Shown here in pieces: positions 19,902 through 28,751 of a DNA stretch of 64,000 nt. The notes under the pieces are model-generated. The model was not told the DNA's origin and searched no databases. It saw only the letters and a program-made list of their open reading frames with translations. The position numbers and the translations under genes were made by a program. Position 1 is the stretch's first letter. The number at the start of each line of letters is the position of its first letter. This DNA is from Dehalococcoidia bacterium (lineage in GTDB: Bacteria > Chloroflexota > Dehalococcoidia > Lucifugimonadales > UBA3495): the NCBI GenBank assembly GCA_965216425.1, contig CBDCFV010000004.1, positions 121,144 to 185,143 of the forward strand, in the 5' to 3' direction.

Positions 19902-22447
19902 CGTTCAAGCTCAGTGCCATACAAATGCGCCATGGCTTCTGTGATGGCGGGATCATCAATAGTGGGTAAACGCCTGAGAGTCGCTTCCGCCGACGCATCA
20001 CCAACCTCACCGGACTGATACTCGTGCCACGAAACAAAAGGTTTGAATGACCTCGGGAAGTACTCCCTGAAATCAACTGGGCCGGGTCGTGAATGTTCCG
20101 AGAAATGATCCAGGAGCGCCCGTTCCGTACGGGGAGCAAAATCATACGCCTTCAAAACCTCAGCATCGATCAAATGAAGCAACGCCTTGCACTCCCGCAT
20201 CCCTTCATCGCGTGAAACTGTCCCGGACAGCCATTGCCGGCGCACGCGAGAGTATTCCCGAACTATCTCCGATATGACTTCAACCTGTCCCGGCTCCACG
20301 TTAGGGACAGGTATACCGAGCAACGTTTGTCGGCGCACATCTCTCTTGCCTTCTCTCGTGGCAACGAACGCGTTGGCCACCGGGCCATTCAACACCGCCG
20401 CTAGCAATTCAACGTGCGTTGCGTCCGACGGCCAAACTCCGTGGAAATTCTGGTAACAAACAAGTCCCTCTGTGTCTACAGAAGCAGATACGGTCCAAGG
20501 CCCTCGAGTCCTGCGCCGAGCATTGACTATAACCTTCGGGTGTTCCCACTGTAACCGGTGGGCCCCGCCTTTCATGAACTGAGCTGATATGTTGAGAAAC
20601 ACGTTGGCGGTCGCCAGGAATGGTTCGAAATGGTCCCGAACGACCTGCAGGCCCGGTGCGTACCCGACTCTTGGAACAGAAGAAACCAACTGAGCACGGT
20701 TTTGGTCAAGCCTGACATTAAACTCGATCCCGCGGTGGACAGACGCGACGTCCCCCAACGTTTTCAGGTGGGTTGCGGCCTCCCAGACGTCGGACAGAGC
20801 AGGGATCCAAATGCTCGCCCCAAAGTCATTCTTTGCAGGATCGAATGGTGCCGAAGACACGTGTGACGGCTGATGCGTCTGGTAAAAATGCTGGAGGTCT
20901 TGCTTCTTCACCTCGCCGGTCGAGAGCATTCGCTTTTTGCCGGGGCGCTGGGCGGCGACCAGCAACACGGCCTCCACATCCGAATGTCGGAACACCTTGT
21001 CTGGTAAGGCAACCAGATCTATATCGGTATAGACACGGGCGACTTCCAAGCGAAGGTCGCGGTACACCCGCCCATCCACGAAAGAGCGAGGAAGGACGAA
21101 CCCCAACATCTGAGGGGGGCGCTGCAGCACCTTATTTAGGATCGCAGCCGGCTTACTTACCGGGAGCGAGTCTCCGTACTGAGCCCTTTCTGCCGATTTG
21201 AAATTTTCAAACGGAGGGTTACACAGCACGACCCGGGCCCGTTCCAGTTCGGTCTCAACAAGCTCCGAGGCCAAAGCGTCGGCTCCGTAGATGCACCATC
21301 CAGCAGGGTTGGGGTAGTCTGCCAACATCAGCGAGAGTCGGGCCACCTCCCTAGCGAAGTCGTCGATTTCAACCCCGACGAGCATCCGCTTGAAGTACTC
21401 GTGGCGCTCTTCCCTAGTCCAATCGAGGGGTAACCGTTCCTTCAAACGCCGCATCGCGGCTACGAGGAACACAGCATGACCCGCAAACGGTTCAAACACA
21501 CGGGAGTCCTGTATCTCCAAGTCTTCAAAAGGCAGTTGCCGAACGATGTACTCCGCCACATATGGTGGAGTACTGTGGACCCCGTACAGCTTGCGAGTTT
21601 TCTCGGCGACTAGGGTAGTCTCATACACATACGCGAGGGATTCAACCGAAAGGTTCTGGAAATGGAACGCCTGCTTGATCCGCTCCCAAGCAACCGACGC
21701 TGCGCCCCGATGGCTGAGGACGTCGACGTGGGAGGGCTCTTCGTAAAAATCCTGCACGGCCATCGCGGCGAGATGCGGGTCTTCATGCAACCACTCGCCA
21801 GGGTGCCCCCTATCGGCCAATACCTTAGCAGCGATAAACCTAAATAGAAGACGAAATAGTGGCGGGTAGTCGTCGTCCAGGAAAGGGGAACTCTTTTCGA
21901 ATTCTGAGATAGCCAAAGCCACCGTTTCCTGTAGGAGACGATCCAACTTTGCGCGAGCTTCTTCCTCAAGGAGCGGCAACAAACCAGCGTCGAAGAAATC
22001 TAGTTGGTAACTCGAACTGTCCCGCATCGCCTTCGCTTCGAGGATCCGGATTGGAGACCAATCGTGCTGATAACGTCGGAACAAGCCAGAGATCTGACCC
22101 GCTTCCACGCTGTCCAACAACCGTGGCTCTCCCCTTTCGGTCATCGCCCACCTGAGCAGGTGATGGTCTCGGACTTCGAAAACTTGAGGCGCCCCTAATG
22201 ACCGACAGCGAGCGACCGCTGTGGTACCGTTTCGTTCGTTGCCGAAAACTACTCCAATGCAAGCACTCCGATACGAAGGCGGGTCCTGTGCAAATGCGGC
22301 GAGATCGACCTCCTGAACCGAGTACTCGTTGGCGAGCACGTCGGCGAATTGATAATGTTCCAGTAGAAGTGCTTCCTCGTACCCTACACCAAGCAGTCCT
22401 TCCTTGACTGACCGGAACAGATCGTTATTGTCGGAACTCTTTGTCAT
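19898..22447 (-). CDS. N6-adenine DNA methyltransferase, type IIG-like architecture
   Basis: HSTPPYVAEYIV, VFEPFAGHAVFL (motif I) and LCNPPFENF (motif IV). TaqI-like target-recognition segment (LGDVASVHRGIEF). A roughly 340-aa N-terminal extension of unknown function. Confidence 0.8.
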   Translation of the reverse strand: MTKSSDNNDLFRSVKEGLLGVGYEEALLLEHYQFADVLANEYSVQEVDLAAFAQDPPSYRSACIGVVFGNERNGTTAVARCRSLGAPQVFEVRDHHLLRWAMTERGEPRLLDSVEAGQISGLFRRYQHDWSPIRILEAKAMRDSSSYQLDFFDAGLLPLLEEEARAKLDRLLQETVALAISEFEKSSPFLDDDYPPLFRLLFRFIAAKVLADRGHPGEWLHEDPHLAAMAVQDFYEEPSHVDVLSHRGAASVAWERIKQAFHFQNLSVESLAYVYETTLVAEKTRKLYGVHSTPPYVAEYIVRQLPFEDLEIQDSRVFEPFAGHAVFLVAAMRRLKERLPLDWTREERHEYFKRMLVGVEIDDFAREVARLSLMLADYPNPAGWCIYGADALASELVETELERARVVLCNPPFENFKSAERAQYGDSLPVSKPAAILNKVLQRPPQMLGFVLPRSFVDGRVYRDLRLEVARVYTDIDLVALPDKVFRHSDVEAVLLVAAQRPGKKRMLSTGEVKKQDLQHFYQTHQPSHVSSAPFDPAKNDFGASIWIPALSDVWEAATHLKTLGDVASVHRGIEFNVRLDQNRAQLVSSVPRVGYAPGLQVVRDHFEPFLATANVFLNISAQFMKGGAHRLQWEHPKVIVNARRRTRGPWTVSASVDTEGLVCYQNFHGVWPSDATHVELLAAVLNGPVANAFVATREGKRDVRRQTLLGIPVPNVEPGQVEVISEIVREYSRVRRQWLSGTVSRDEGMRECKALLHLIDAEVLKAYDFAPRTERALLDHFSEHSRPGPVDFREYFPRSFKPFVSWHEYQSGEVGDASAEATLRRLPTIDDPAITEAMAHLYGTELER

Positions 22448-22704
22448 GAACCCACCACGCCTCGGTGCCCGCCGCTGGGCTTCCTTACAGGCTTCACCCA
22501 CGCTGGACTGAACTAGGTCGACGTCGCACCGACGATGCGGCGGGCAGGACGGTCGACATGATCAAGATGCGATCGCGAACTTATATGCTATTTGAGAACG
22601 GCGTATGCGGCACAGTGTACCAAAATAACTAGGCAGTCAACGAACGCCCCATGCCTCCGAGTTTCGCCGGTAAAGCGGAATGGGCACCTCGAAAAGGTTC
22701 TCGC

Positions 22705-23540
22705 TAACTGGCCAGCAGAAATGTCACATTCAACTTATGGAGAATGTGACTTTGACGCCCAAAGAACAGACGAGACTCAAGATCCTCAACAGCTTGCTCG
22801 CAGAACACATGACACTGGATCAGGCCGCCGTTCTGATGGCTGTCAGCCCATGCCACGCCCGCCGCATCCTTGCGGCTTACCAGGAGAAAGGCTCTGCCAC
22901 CGTTGTTCACGGTCTCCGGGGCCGCAAGCCGGCCAACGCAACTCCCGAGCCCGTTGCAACCGCTGTGGTTCACCTGGCTCGCACCAGGTACGCAGGGACC
23001 AACCACACCCATCTCAGCGAGTTGCTGAGCGAGGGCGACGGCATCGACAGGACCACCCTGCGGCGCATCCTGGTCAACGCCGGCCTGAGCAGTCCGCGGC
23101 GAAGCCGTCCGCCAAAGCACCGGGTACGCCGCCAGCGTATGCCTCGGGAGGGAATGCTGATCCAGATCGACGGCAGCTATCACCGGTAGCTGGGCGAAGA
23201 CGGTCCCCAGTTCACGATACTGTTCGCGGGGGACGATGCCATCGGTACGGTGGTCGACGCCCTCTTCTGCGAGAAGGTAGACGCACACAGCTACTTCCTG
23301 CTGGTCCACGGTCTCGTGCACCACCTCGGCCTACCCTTCGCCCTCTACACCGACCGGAACGGAGTCTTCAGGCACACACCCGACTCCGGCCTCCCAGGGA
23401 GGCCGACCCAGTTCAGCCGGGCCAAGGACTGGCGCGGCGTCATGGCCAAGAGGCTGGTCTACGCTGCTTCCGATGAGCCTGCAGTGGAACAGCTTTACAG
23501 AGGCGAATTATCTTTGGTCGGAACAGGAATCAGCGGTTAG
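22705..23540 (+). pseudogene. Left part of an ISNCY-like element (transposase frameshifted and truncated)
   Basis: The end repeat TAACTGGCCAGCAGAAATGTCAC is the inverse of 18952-18974 (21/23). LTPKEQTRLKILNSLL...LIQIDGSYH, then shifted-frame pieces. Confidence 0.6.
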
Positions 23541-23553
23541 AATTTCAGTAACA

Positions 23554-25716
23554 TTATCTGGTGAGGCAACAGGACCGGCAAGACTTATTGTCGTTGATCA
23601 CAAGGTCATCCAGGAACTCGGAAACGGGCTTGACTCCGGTTACGAGCAGGTGGTCCCGGGCACGGGTACAGGCTACGTAGAGCAGGTTTCGCTCCGTGTT
23701 GTAGACCTCTTCCAAGTCCGCCTCGTCGGTTATAGACTCCACCCGGGACTGGAGGGGAATTACTTCTGAGTCGCAGGCCATGACGGCAACGGCGCGAAAC
23801 TCCAGGCCCTTTGCCAAGTGCATAGTGCCAATAGCCACGCAGCCGTCCGCCGCTTCCACATCATCATCTAGCACTGTATAAGGCAAACCGGACCGTTCGA
23901 CCGCGGCCTCCGCTCGACGAATTTGGTCTACGGACCGGACAAACACGCTGACCTCATCAGGTTGCAAGCCCTCGGAGATTCTGGCGCTGAGCCACCTGCT
24001 GACCGCATCGCACTCGGAGTCCTCATCTTCCATCACATGGATGGTGGGGAGCGGCCCGTTGAACACGGACACCGTACCCTTCCGCTCCTCCAGGTTGCCG
24101 TCAACGTCGGACATCTCCGGGTCCAAAAGACGGTCGGCGTATGTCCTTATCTGGTGGGAGGTGCGGTAGTTTATCTTCAGAGTTTGAGAGCGTCCGCGAA
24201 TCTCAACACCCAGTTCCTTCCACGAAAAGGGTTGCTGGAAGATGCGCTGGCCCAGGTTTCCGGCGAAGAACAGCCCGTTGGGTCGGCCTCCTGCCAACGC
24301 CGCCAGGAACCTCAACTGAGGGACACTCACGTCCTGGGCTTCGTCGACCACAATGTGGTCAAAGGGCGGGTGTTCCTGTTGCAGGACTCCACGGGTCAGT
24401 TGCCCGAACAACTGCGCCTTGGTCAACAGGCCTCGTTCCTGTAAACCCGACCTGACTCGCTCAAAGACGGGCCACACGGCTTTCCGTTGTGATTCCGACA
24501 ACCTGCGGTAGCGGCCGATACGGTTCACATCCCGGTAAGCTTCCCAAGTGTCCAACTGCCAGGCATCCACCACCCTGTCCCATTCGGTCAGGAGGAAAGT
24601 TGCAGAAAAATTGGTCCCTTCGATACTCGCAGATTCCTTGACCAGTGCCTCGATAATTTCCTGTCGGGCCAATGTAGCCGGACCAACCCTGGACTCGTAC
24701 ATGCACAGTGCCACGGTATCCAGCGAATCGACCGAGACTCTTCCGTTCGTCTGTAAGTCCTGGTGTACCAGCAGTTGCAGCTTGGCCTTCAACAGGTTCG
24801 CCAGCGTATCGGAGAAAGTGGTGAGCAAGACCAGTCCATCAGGGTTGGACTTGGCCAGAAATGCGGCACGATGGAGCGCCACTACGGTCTTGCCGGTGCC
24901 AGCCGAGCCGGACACCCTGGCCGACCCGTTGTAATTCCTTTCCACGATCCCCGACTGATCCGGATGCAGGAAGACAGTCCACCTCTCCCACGGGTACTCC
25001 AGGACCTCCGCCAACTCCTCGACGTTGTTCATGACGCGGAAGCGACGCAGGGCGTCGGGATGACTGAACGGGTCACCGCCTACCGTGACAGGAAGGGACG
25101 GCTGCGGCGTATTGCCCACGGCCAATGCCACCAAGGCCTCGGCTGCCTCCGCGGGCAGGTGGTCGGTCAGGTCCAGCACGCTATCCTCGATGGCTGCCCT
25201 TACGTCGTCGAGCCACTCTTCCGGCACGCCGTAGCCGAGCAGTTGCTCATCCGGGATGTGAGTGAAGACCAGCGGATTGGGCGGGGGTTCCTGCTCGACT
25301 TCCACGTATATCAGGATAGGAATTTCTCGGACTACTTCCCTTAGTTCCACCAACTGGGCGGCACCGGTGATTGGGTGAGTCTCCAACTTCCTTCGCTCGG
25401 CCCATTGATAGGCGTCATCATGGCGGCCAACGTAGCAGAGGATAACATTTTCCCCGGATCGGTGAAGGATGACGCGCAGGTCTCGGTTCACCCGGGCCGA
25501 CCAGAAGCCAGGGCCTTTGGCATCGGTCACACGGTGCAAGTTGAGACTCGGATGGGCAATGTTGGTCTGAAGGTCGAAGGCAGTGGTCTTGATAGATCTC
25601 TGCTCCTCGTTGGGGAGCCGAGCAAGGCTGGAGGTAAATGTATCGGCTATGCGGAATTGCATCGGATAAGGTCTATTTTGTGAATGGAAGATGGCATGGA
25701 CGGAAATATGATCCAT
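23554..25716 (-). CDS. SF1 UvrD/Rep-like helicase with an N-terminal RelE/ParE-like domain
   Basis: GSAGTGKTVVALHRA (Walker A), HIVVDEAQDVS, MHLAKGLEF and LLYVACTRARDHL. The first roughly 95 aa (FWSARVNRDLRVILHRSGENVILCYVGRHDDAYQWA) look RelE-fold-like. The start may be Met 25662. Confidence 0.85.
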   Translation of the reverse strand: MDHISVHAIFHSQNRPYPMQFRIADTFTSSLARLPNEEQRSIKTTAFDLQTNIAHPSLNLHRVTDAKGPGFWSARVNRDLRVILHRSGENVILCYVGRHDDAYQWAERRKLETHPITGAAQLVELREVVREIPILIYVEVEQEPPPNPLVFTHIPDEQLLGYGVPEEWLDDVRAAIEDSVLDLTDHLPAEAAEALVALAVGNTPQPSLPVTVGGDPFSHPDALRRFRVMNNVEELAEVLEYPWERWTVFLHPDQSGIVERNYNGSARVSGSAGTGKTVVALHRAAFLAKSNPDGLVLLTTFSDTLANLLKAKLQLLVHQDLQTNGRVSVDSLDTVALCMYESRVGPATLARQEIIEALVKESASIEGTNFSATFLLTEWDRVVDAWQLDTWEAYRDVNRIGRYRRLSESQRKAVWPVFERVRSGLQERGLLTKAQLFGQLTRGVLQQEHPPFDHIVVDEAQDVSVPQLRFLAALAGGRPNGLFFAGNLGQRIFQQPFSWKELGVEIRGRSQTLKINYRTSHQIRTYADRLLDPEMSDVDGNLEERKGTVSVFNGPLPTIHVMEDEDSECDAVSRWLSARISEGLQPDEVSVFVRSVDQIRRAEAAVERSGLPYTVLDDDVEAADGCVAIGTMHLAKGLEFRAVAVMACDSEVIPLQSRVESITDEADLEEVYNTERNLLYVACTRARDHLLVTGVKPVSEFLDDLVINDNKSCRSCCLTR

Positions 25717-25720
25717 TGGT

Positions 25721-25894
25721 CTAGCTGGACTTTGTACAAAGTTGGTTAGAAGCCATTAGATACAAAGGTGTGGCTATAAATCTCTTTTTCCATACTTTTT
25801 CAATGTCGGGTCCAGAGACGACATTGAAAAAATGCCCTATCTACGTGATCTTACATATGATGCACGTCAGTGGAATGTACAAAGTCGAGTCTAG
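25721..25894. mobile_element. MITE family 5 (174 bp)
   Basis: Inverted ends CTAGCTGGACTTTGTACAAAG versus the reverse complement CTAGACTCGACTTTGTACATT. Internal 13-bp stem TTTTTCAATGTCG..CGACATTGAAAAA. Shares its right CTAG with IS630-B. Confidence 0.65.
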
Positions 25895-25897
25895 TAG

Positions 25898-26554
25898 TCA
25901 GTCAACTTTGGAATCAAAAGGGTAAAGGCGGTGAAGTTTAGTCCTGGCATCCTGGGTTTTGAACCGCCAGTTGATACCCGTTCGGGCGGCGTTGCGCTCC
26001 CGCACTAACGCCTGGACTTCCCTCCCGAGAGCCTCTTCGTTGGGGAGCCGTTGCTTCAGGCAGCAGCGGGACAGTACGCTGAACTCGATTTCCGCCATGT
26101 TCAACCAACTCCCGTGCTTGGGGGTGTAGTGGAACTCCAGCCGTTTCGCAATCCTCCGGGCCTCCGCCGCCTGGAACGTCTCGTACAGCGACGCTGGGCG
26201 ATGGGTGTTCAGATTGTCCAGGACCACCCGCACCACTGTGACCTGCGGGTAGGCTTCATCCACCAGCCAGCGCATCTGATGGGCGAAGTCCTGCATCGTG
26301 CGCCGCTGGGTCACTGCCACATGCCGCCAACCCGCCAACGGCTCGCAGGCCAGGAACAGGTTTCGAGTGCCCTCCCGGCGGTACTCGTAGTCCTGCCGCA
26401 GGGGGCGCCCCGGCTCGGGTGGCAGTGGGGGCCGAGTCTCCGCCAGCAACTGGGTGGAGGTCTCGTCAAAGCAGACCACCGGCCGCTGGGGGTCATATGG
26501 CTCGGCGTACAGGTCCAGCACGTCCTCCATGTGGGCCACGAACTCGGCGCTCAC
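25898..26554 (-). CDS. IS630-B transposase orfB (DDE), -1 frame relative to orfA
   Basis: CFDETSTQL ... VVLDNLNTH ... [17 protein letters not shown]. Reading [17 protein letters not shown] needs a -1 shift on A7. Confidence 0.8.
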   Translation of the reverse strand: MSAEFVAHMEDVLDLYAEPYDPQRPVVCFDETSTQLLAETRPPLPPEPGRPLRQDYEYRREGTRNLFLACEPLAGWRHVAVTQRRTMQDFAHQMRWLVDEAYPQVTVVRVVLDNLNTHRPASLYETFQAAEARRIAKRLEFHYTPKHGSWLNMAEIEFSVLSRCCLKQRLPNEEALGREVQALVRERNAARTGINWRFKTQDARTKLHRLYPFDSKVD

Positions 26555-27042
26555 CTTGGGGATGCACCACTCCTGCTTCTGCCATGGCTTGAGAGCGTTT
26601 TTTTGAGCCGTTTACGCACTCCCTCGTGGGACATGGTGGACGCCAACCCCAGTTCCACCACCTTGCCAGCCAGCAGGCGCAGGGTCCAGTGGTCGTGGCC
26701 TTCCGGTGCCGGACTGCAGGCCAGCGCGATGAGGTGGGCTTCGCCCCGGTCGTCCAGCTTGCGGTGCCGGTTGACTTGACGCCGGTCCCACAGGGCCCCG
26801 TCCAGCCCTTCCTCGGTAAAGCGCTGCTTAATCCGGTACACGGTGCCCAGCGCCACGTCCAGGGCTTCGGCCACCTTGGGAGCGGCCCAACCATCGTTGG
26901 TCTTGAGCAAAATCCGCGCCCTGGCGGTCACTCGGGCGGAGCTTTTCCCAACCCGAATCAGATTCTGGAGTTCTTCCCGTTGTTCCGGCGCCAACCGCAC
27001 GGCGTACTTATCCCTGATCATCACCGCCACCCCCAACATCAC
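26551..27042 (-). CDS. IS630-B transposase orfA (HTH)
   Basis: [21 protein letters not shown]...TVYRIKQRF. Ends just past an A7 run (T7 on the plus strand at 26598-26604). Confidence 0.8.
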   Translation of the reverse strand: MMLGVAVMIRDKYAVRLAPEQREELQNLIRVGKSSARVTARARILLKTNDGWAAPKVAEALDVALGTVYRIKQRFTEEGLDGALWDRRQVNRHRKLDDRGEAHLIALACSPAPEGHDHWTLRLLAGKVVELGLASTMSHEGVRKRLKKTLSSHGRSRSGASPR

Positions 27043-27189
27043 CGATTCATCCCCAGCAGTATACGATTATCAGCCAGTTTCCTGTATGACTTTCAACATC
27101 AAAGTTGACTGACTACTAGTTCTAGGGAGGCGCGCGAACCGAAGCCTCGGCGCCTGATCAAATTGCCGGTTACCTGCAACAGAACTGTT

Positions 27190-27651
27190 TTATGTACTTC
27201 GCCAAAGCCTTTGAATTTCTTGATGCCGTTGACCCATAAGCTGAAGTTCCTTTATGGAATCTATGGAGTCAGAAAGAATTTCCCTTGGTATACCCAAAGC
27301 ATTAACAATGCTGAGAAAAAGGATGATGGCCCCCGAGTCGATTGTTCCATCACTTTCAGAAGGAACTTCGCTTAATTCTCGAGAAACTATAAAGGTGTCG
27401 AGGGCAGTTCCAATTGGCACGGTCATATCGCTTTCCTGGTTCAAGGGTAGCCCGAAATTCGAAATGTGCTGTAGGAATTTAGTATGGTCTACAAATGGAA
27501 CTGTTCTCCAAACATTCTCGATGTTGGCCTTCAAGTAAAATGGGCCCTTAACACCCGCATCTCCGACTACGATACGATGGCGCTTAACAACACCCAATAG
27601 GAAGTCCATCAATATATTTAGATCCAAAATTCTTAGCCCTGTGTCCAACAT
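27190..27651 (-). CDS. Hypothetical 153-aa protein, lower GC
   Basis: ORF overlaps the end of the upstream AlbA_2-like gene by about 19 nt. No family recognised. Confidence 0.45.
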   Translation of the reverse strand: MLDTGLRILDLNILMDFLLGVVKRHRIVVGDAGVKGPFYLKANIENVWRTVPFVDHTKFLQHISNFGLPLNQESDMTVPIGTALDTFIVSRELSEVPSESDGTIDSGAIILFLSIVNALGIPREILSDSIDSIKELQLMGQRHQEIQRLWRST

Positions 27652-28675
27652 ATAAATTCCCGTCCATTTTCATATTCAAGCCAAATAGGGTCATCAAGAT
27701 CGATGGGGCGCATCTGAATAGGGAATGTGACAAATGAGTGGCAGTGTCTAGTACTACAACGACGCGTTATGAGAAAACACGCTCAGGTCTTCTTCTTCAG
27801 CTACTGACCGTTCATCACGGGAGACTCGCACTCGTTCGTTGCCAGCTTCAAAATCCGCCCACGAGTTACCTTGTAGGATAACGCGTCGTTGTAGTACTAG
27901 AAAAATGCCAAGTAAAGACTCGTCCGTAGGCGTCATTAGTGGAAACTTGCCTAGCAATATACCCTTCATTCGTAGAAAATACATTGTCGAAGGGAACAGT
28001 AAATCCTCGCATTGAGTTCGCAAACTCCGCGATGCGTCCACTATACCAGTGCCCCATGATTTCATATGGATCAGACATGACACTGACATGAATAAAGGGC
28101 TGGTTTTCCTCTCCTTTCGATGTCACCGGTGTCCATAGCACCCGTTCCTCGAGCCTGGACCGAGCTTCCTCCCCGCGTCGAGTCAGCAGATCGAAGGTCG
28201 ATCTATCTGTCACGGGGGTTGGCTGGGACGAATCGCCAACCCTGCGGTAAATTCGCCCATCGTTGTGGATATAGGGCGAGTTGGAGCCCTCAGGTATTTG
28301 GACTACGACTATGGATCGGCCAACTGGCAATCCTATAGCGTCTATTGGGCCTTCAAATTCCCTAACGTTGTAAAATACTGGAGGGTTTAGCAAATCTTTG
28401 GCTGAGTTTCTTATGGAATCCAATGCATCCTGCACTTGAGCTTTTGGTATTCCGGGAAAGCTAGACGCCACATTCTCCTTACTATCCTCTTTGACCCCCA
28501 AGAACAGCCATCCTCCGTATTGGTTGGCAAATGATGACAAGCTTTTCGCCAGTTCACGGTTTGCTATCAACGCCCCTTTGTATTCGGCGTACCACCCTTC
28601 ATGAACGTCCTTAAGCCGAATAAGATCTTCTGGAGGAACTTCCTGAAGATCATCCGCAAATGGTCGATATAGCAT
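27633..28675 (-). pseudogene. AlbA_2 (Schlafen-like) domain protein interrupted by a MITE
   Basis: HEGWYAEYKG...FANQYGGWLFLGV...NSPYIHNDGRIYRRVGDSS is typical of AlbA_2. Removing the MITE continues the frame (..FTWHFSRHCHSF...EFICWTQG stop at 27633). Confidence 0.6.
27748..27900 (-). mobile_element. MITE family 1, copy 3
   Basis: Exact reverse complement of 7509..7661. Confidence 0.9.
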
Positions 28676-28751
28676 TGGTGGCTCCGTTCAGACGTGGAAA
28701 TATCTCTTATACCGTGTACTACCGGGTGTTCAACCTTTCTTGTTTGTTCCC

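Larger units (their letters stand above)
25891..27119 (-). mobile_element. IS630-family element (type B)
   Basis: 20-nt perfect inverted ends CTAGTAGTCAGTCAACTTTG. CTAG at both borders. Confidence 0.9.

Noticed and set aside
22592-23476. 294-aa Arg/Pro-rich ORF
   Set aside because: It is an alternative frame of the ISNCY-like transposase fragment, and the transposase frames carry the recognisable motifs.
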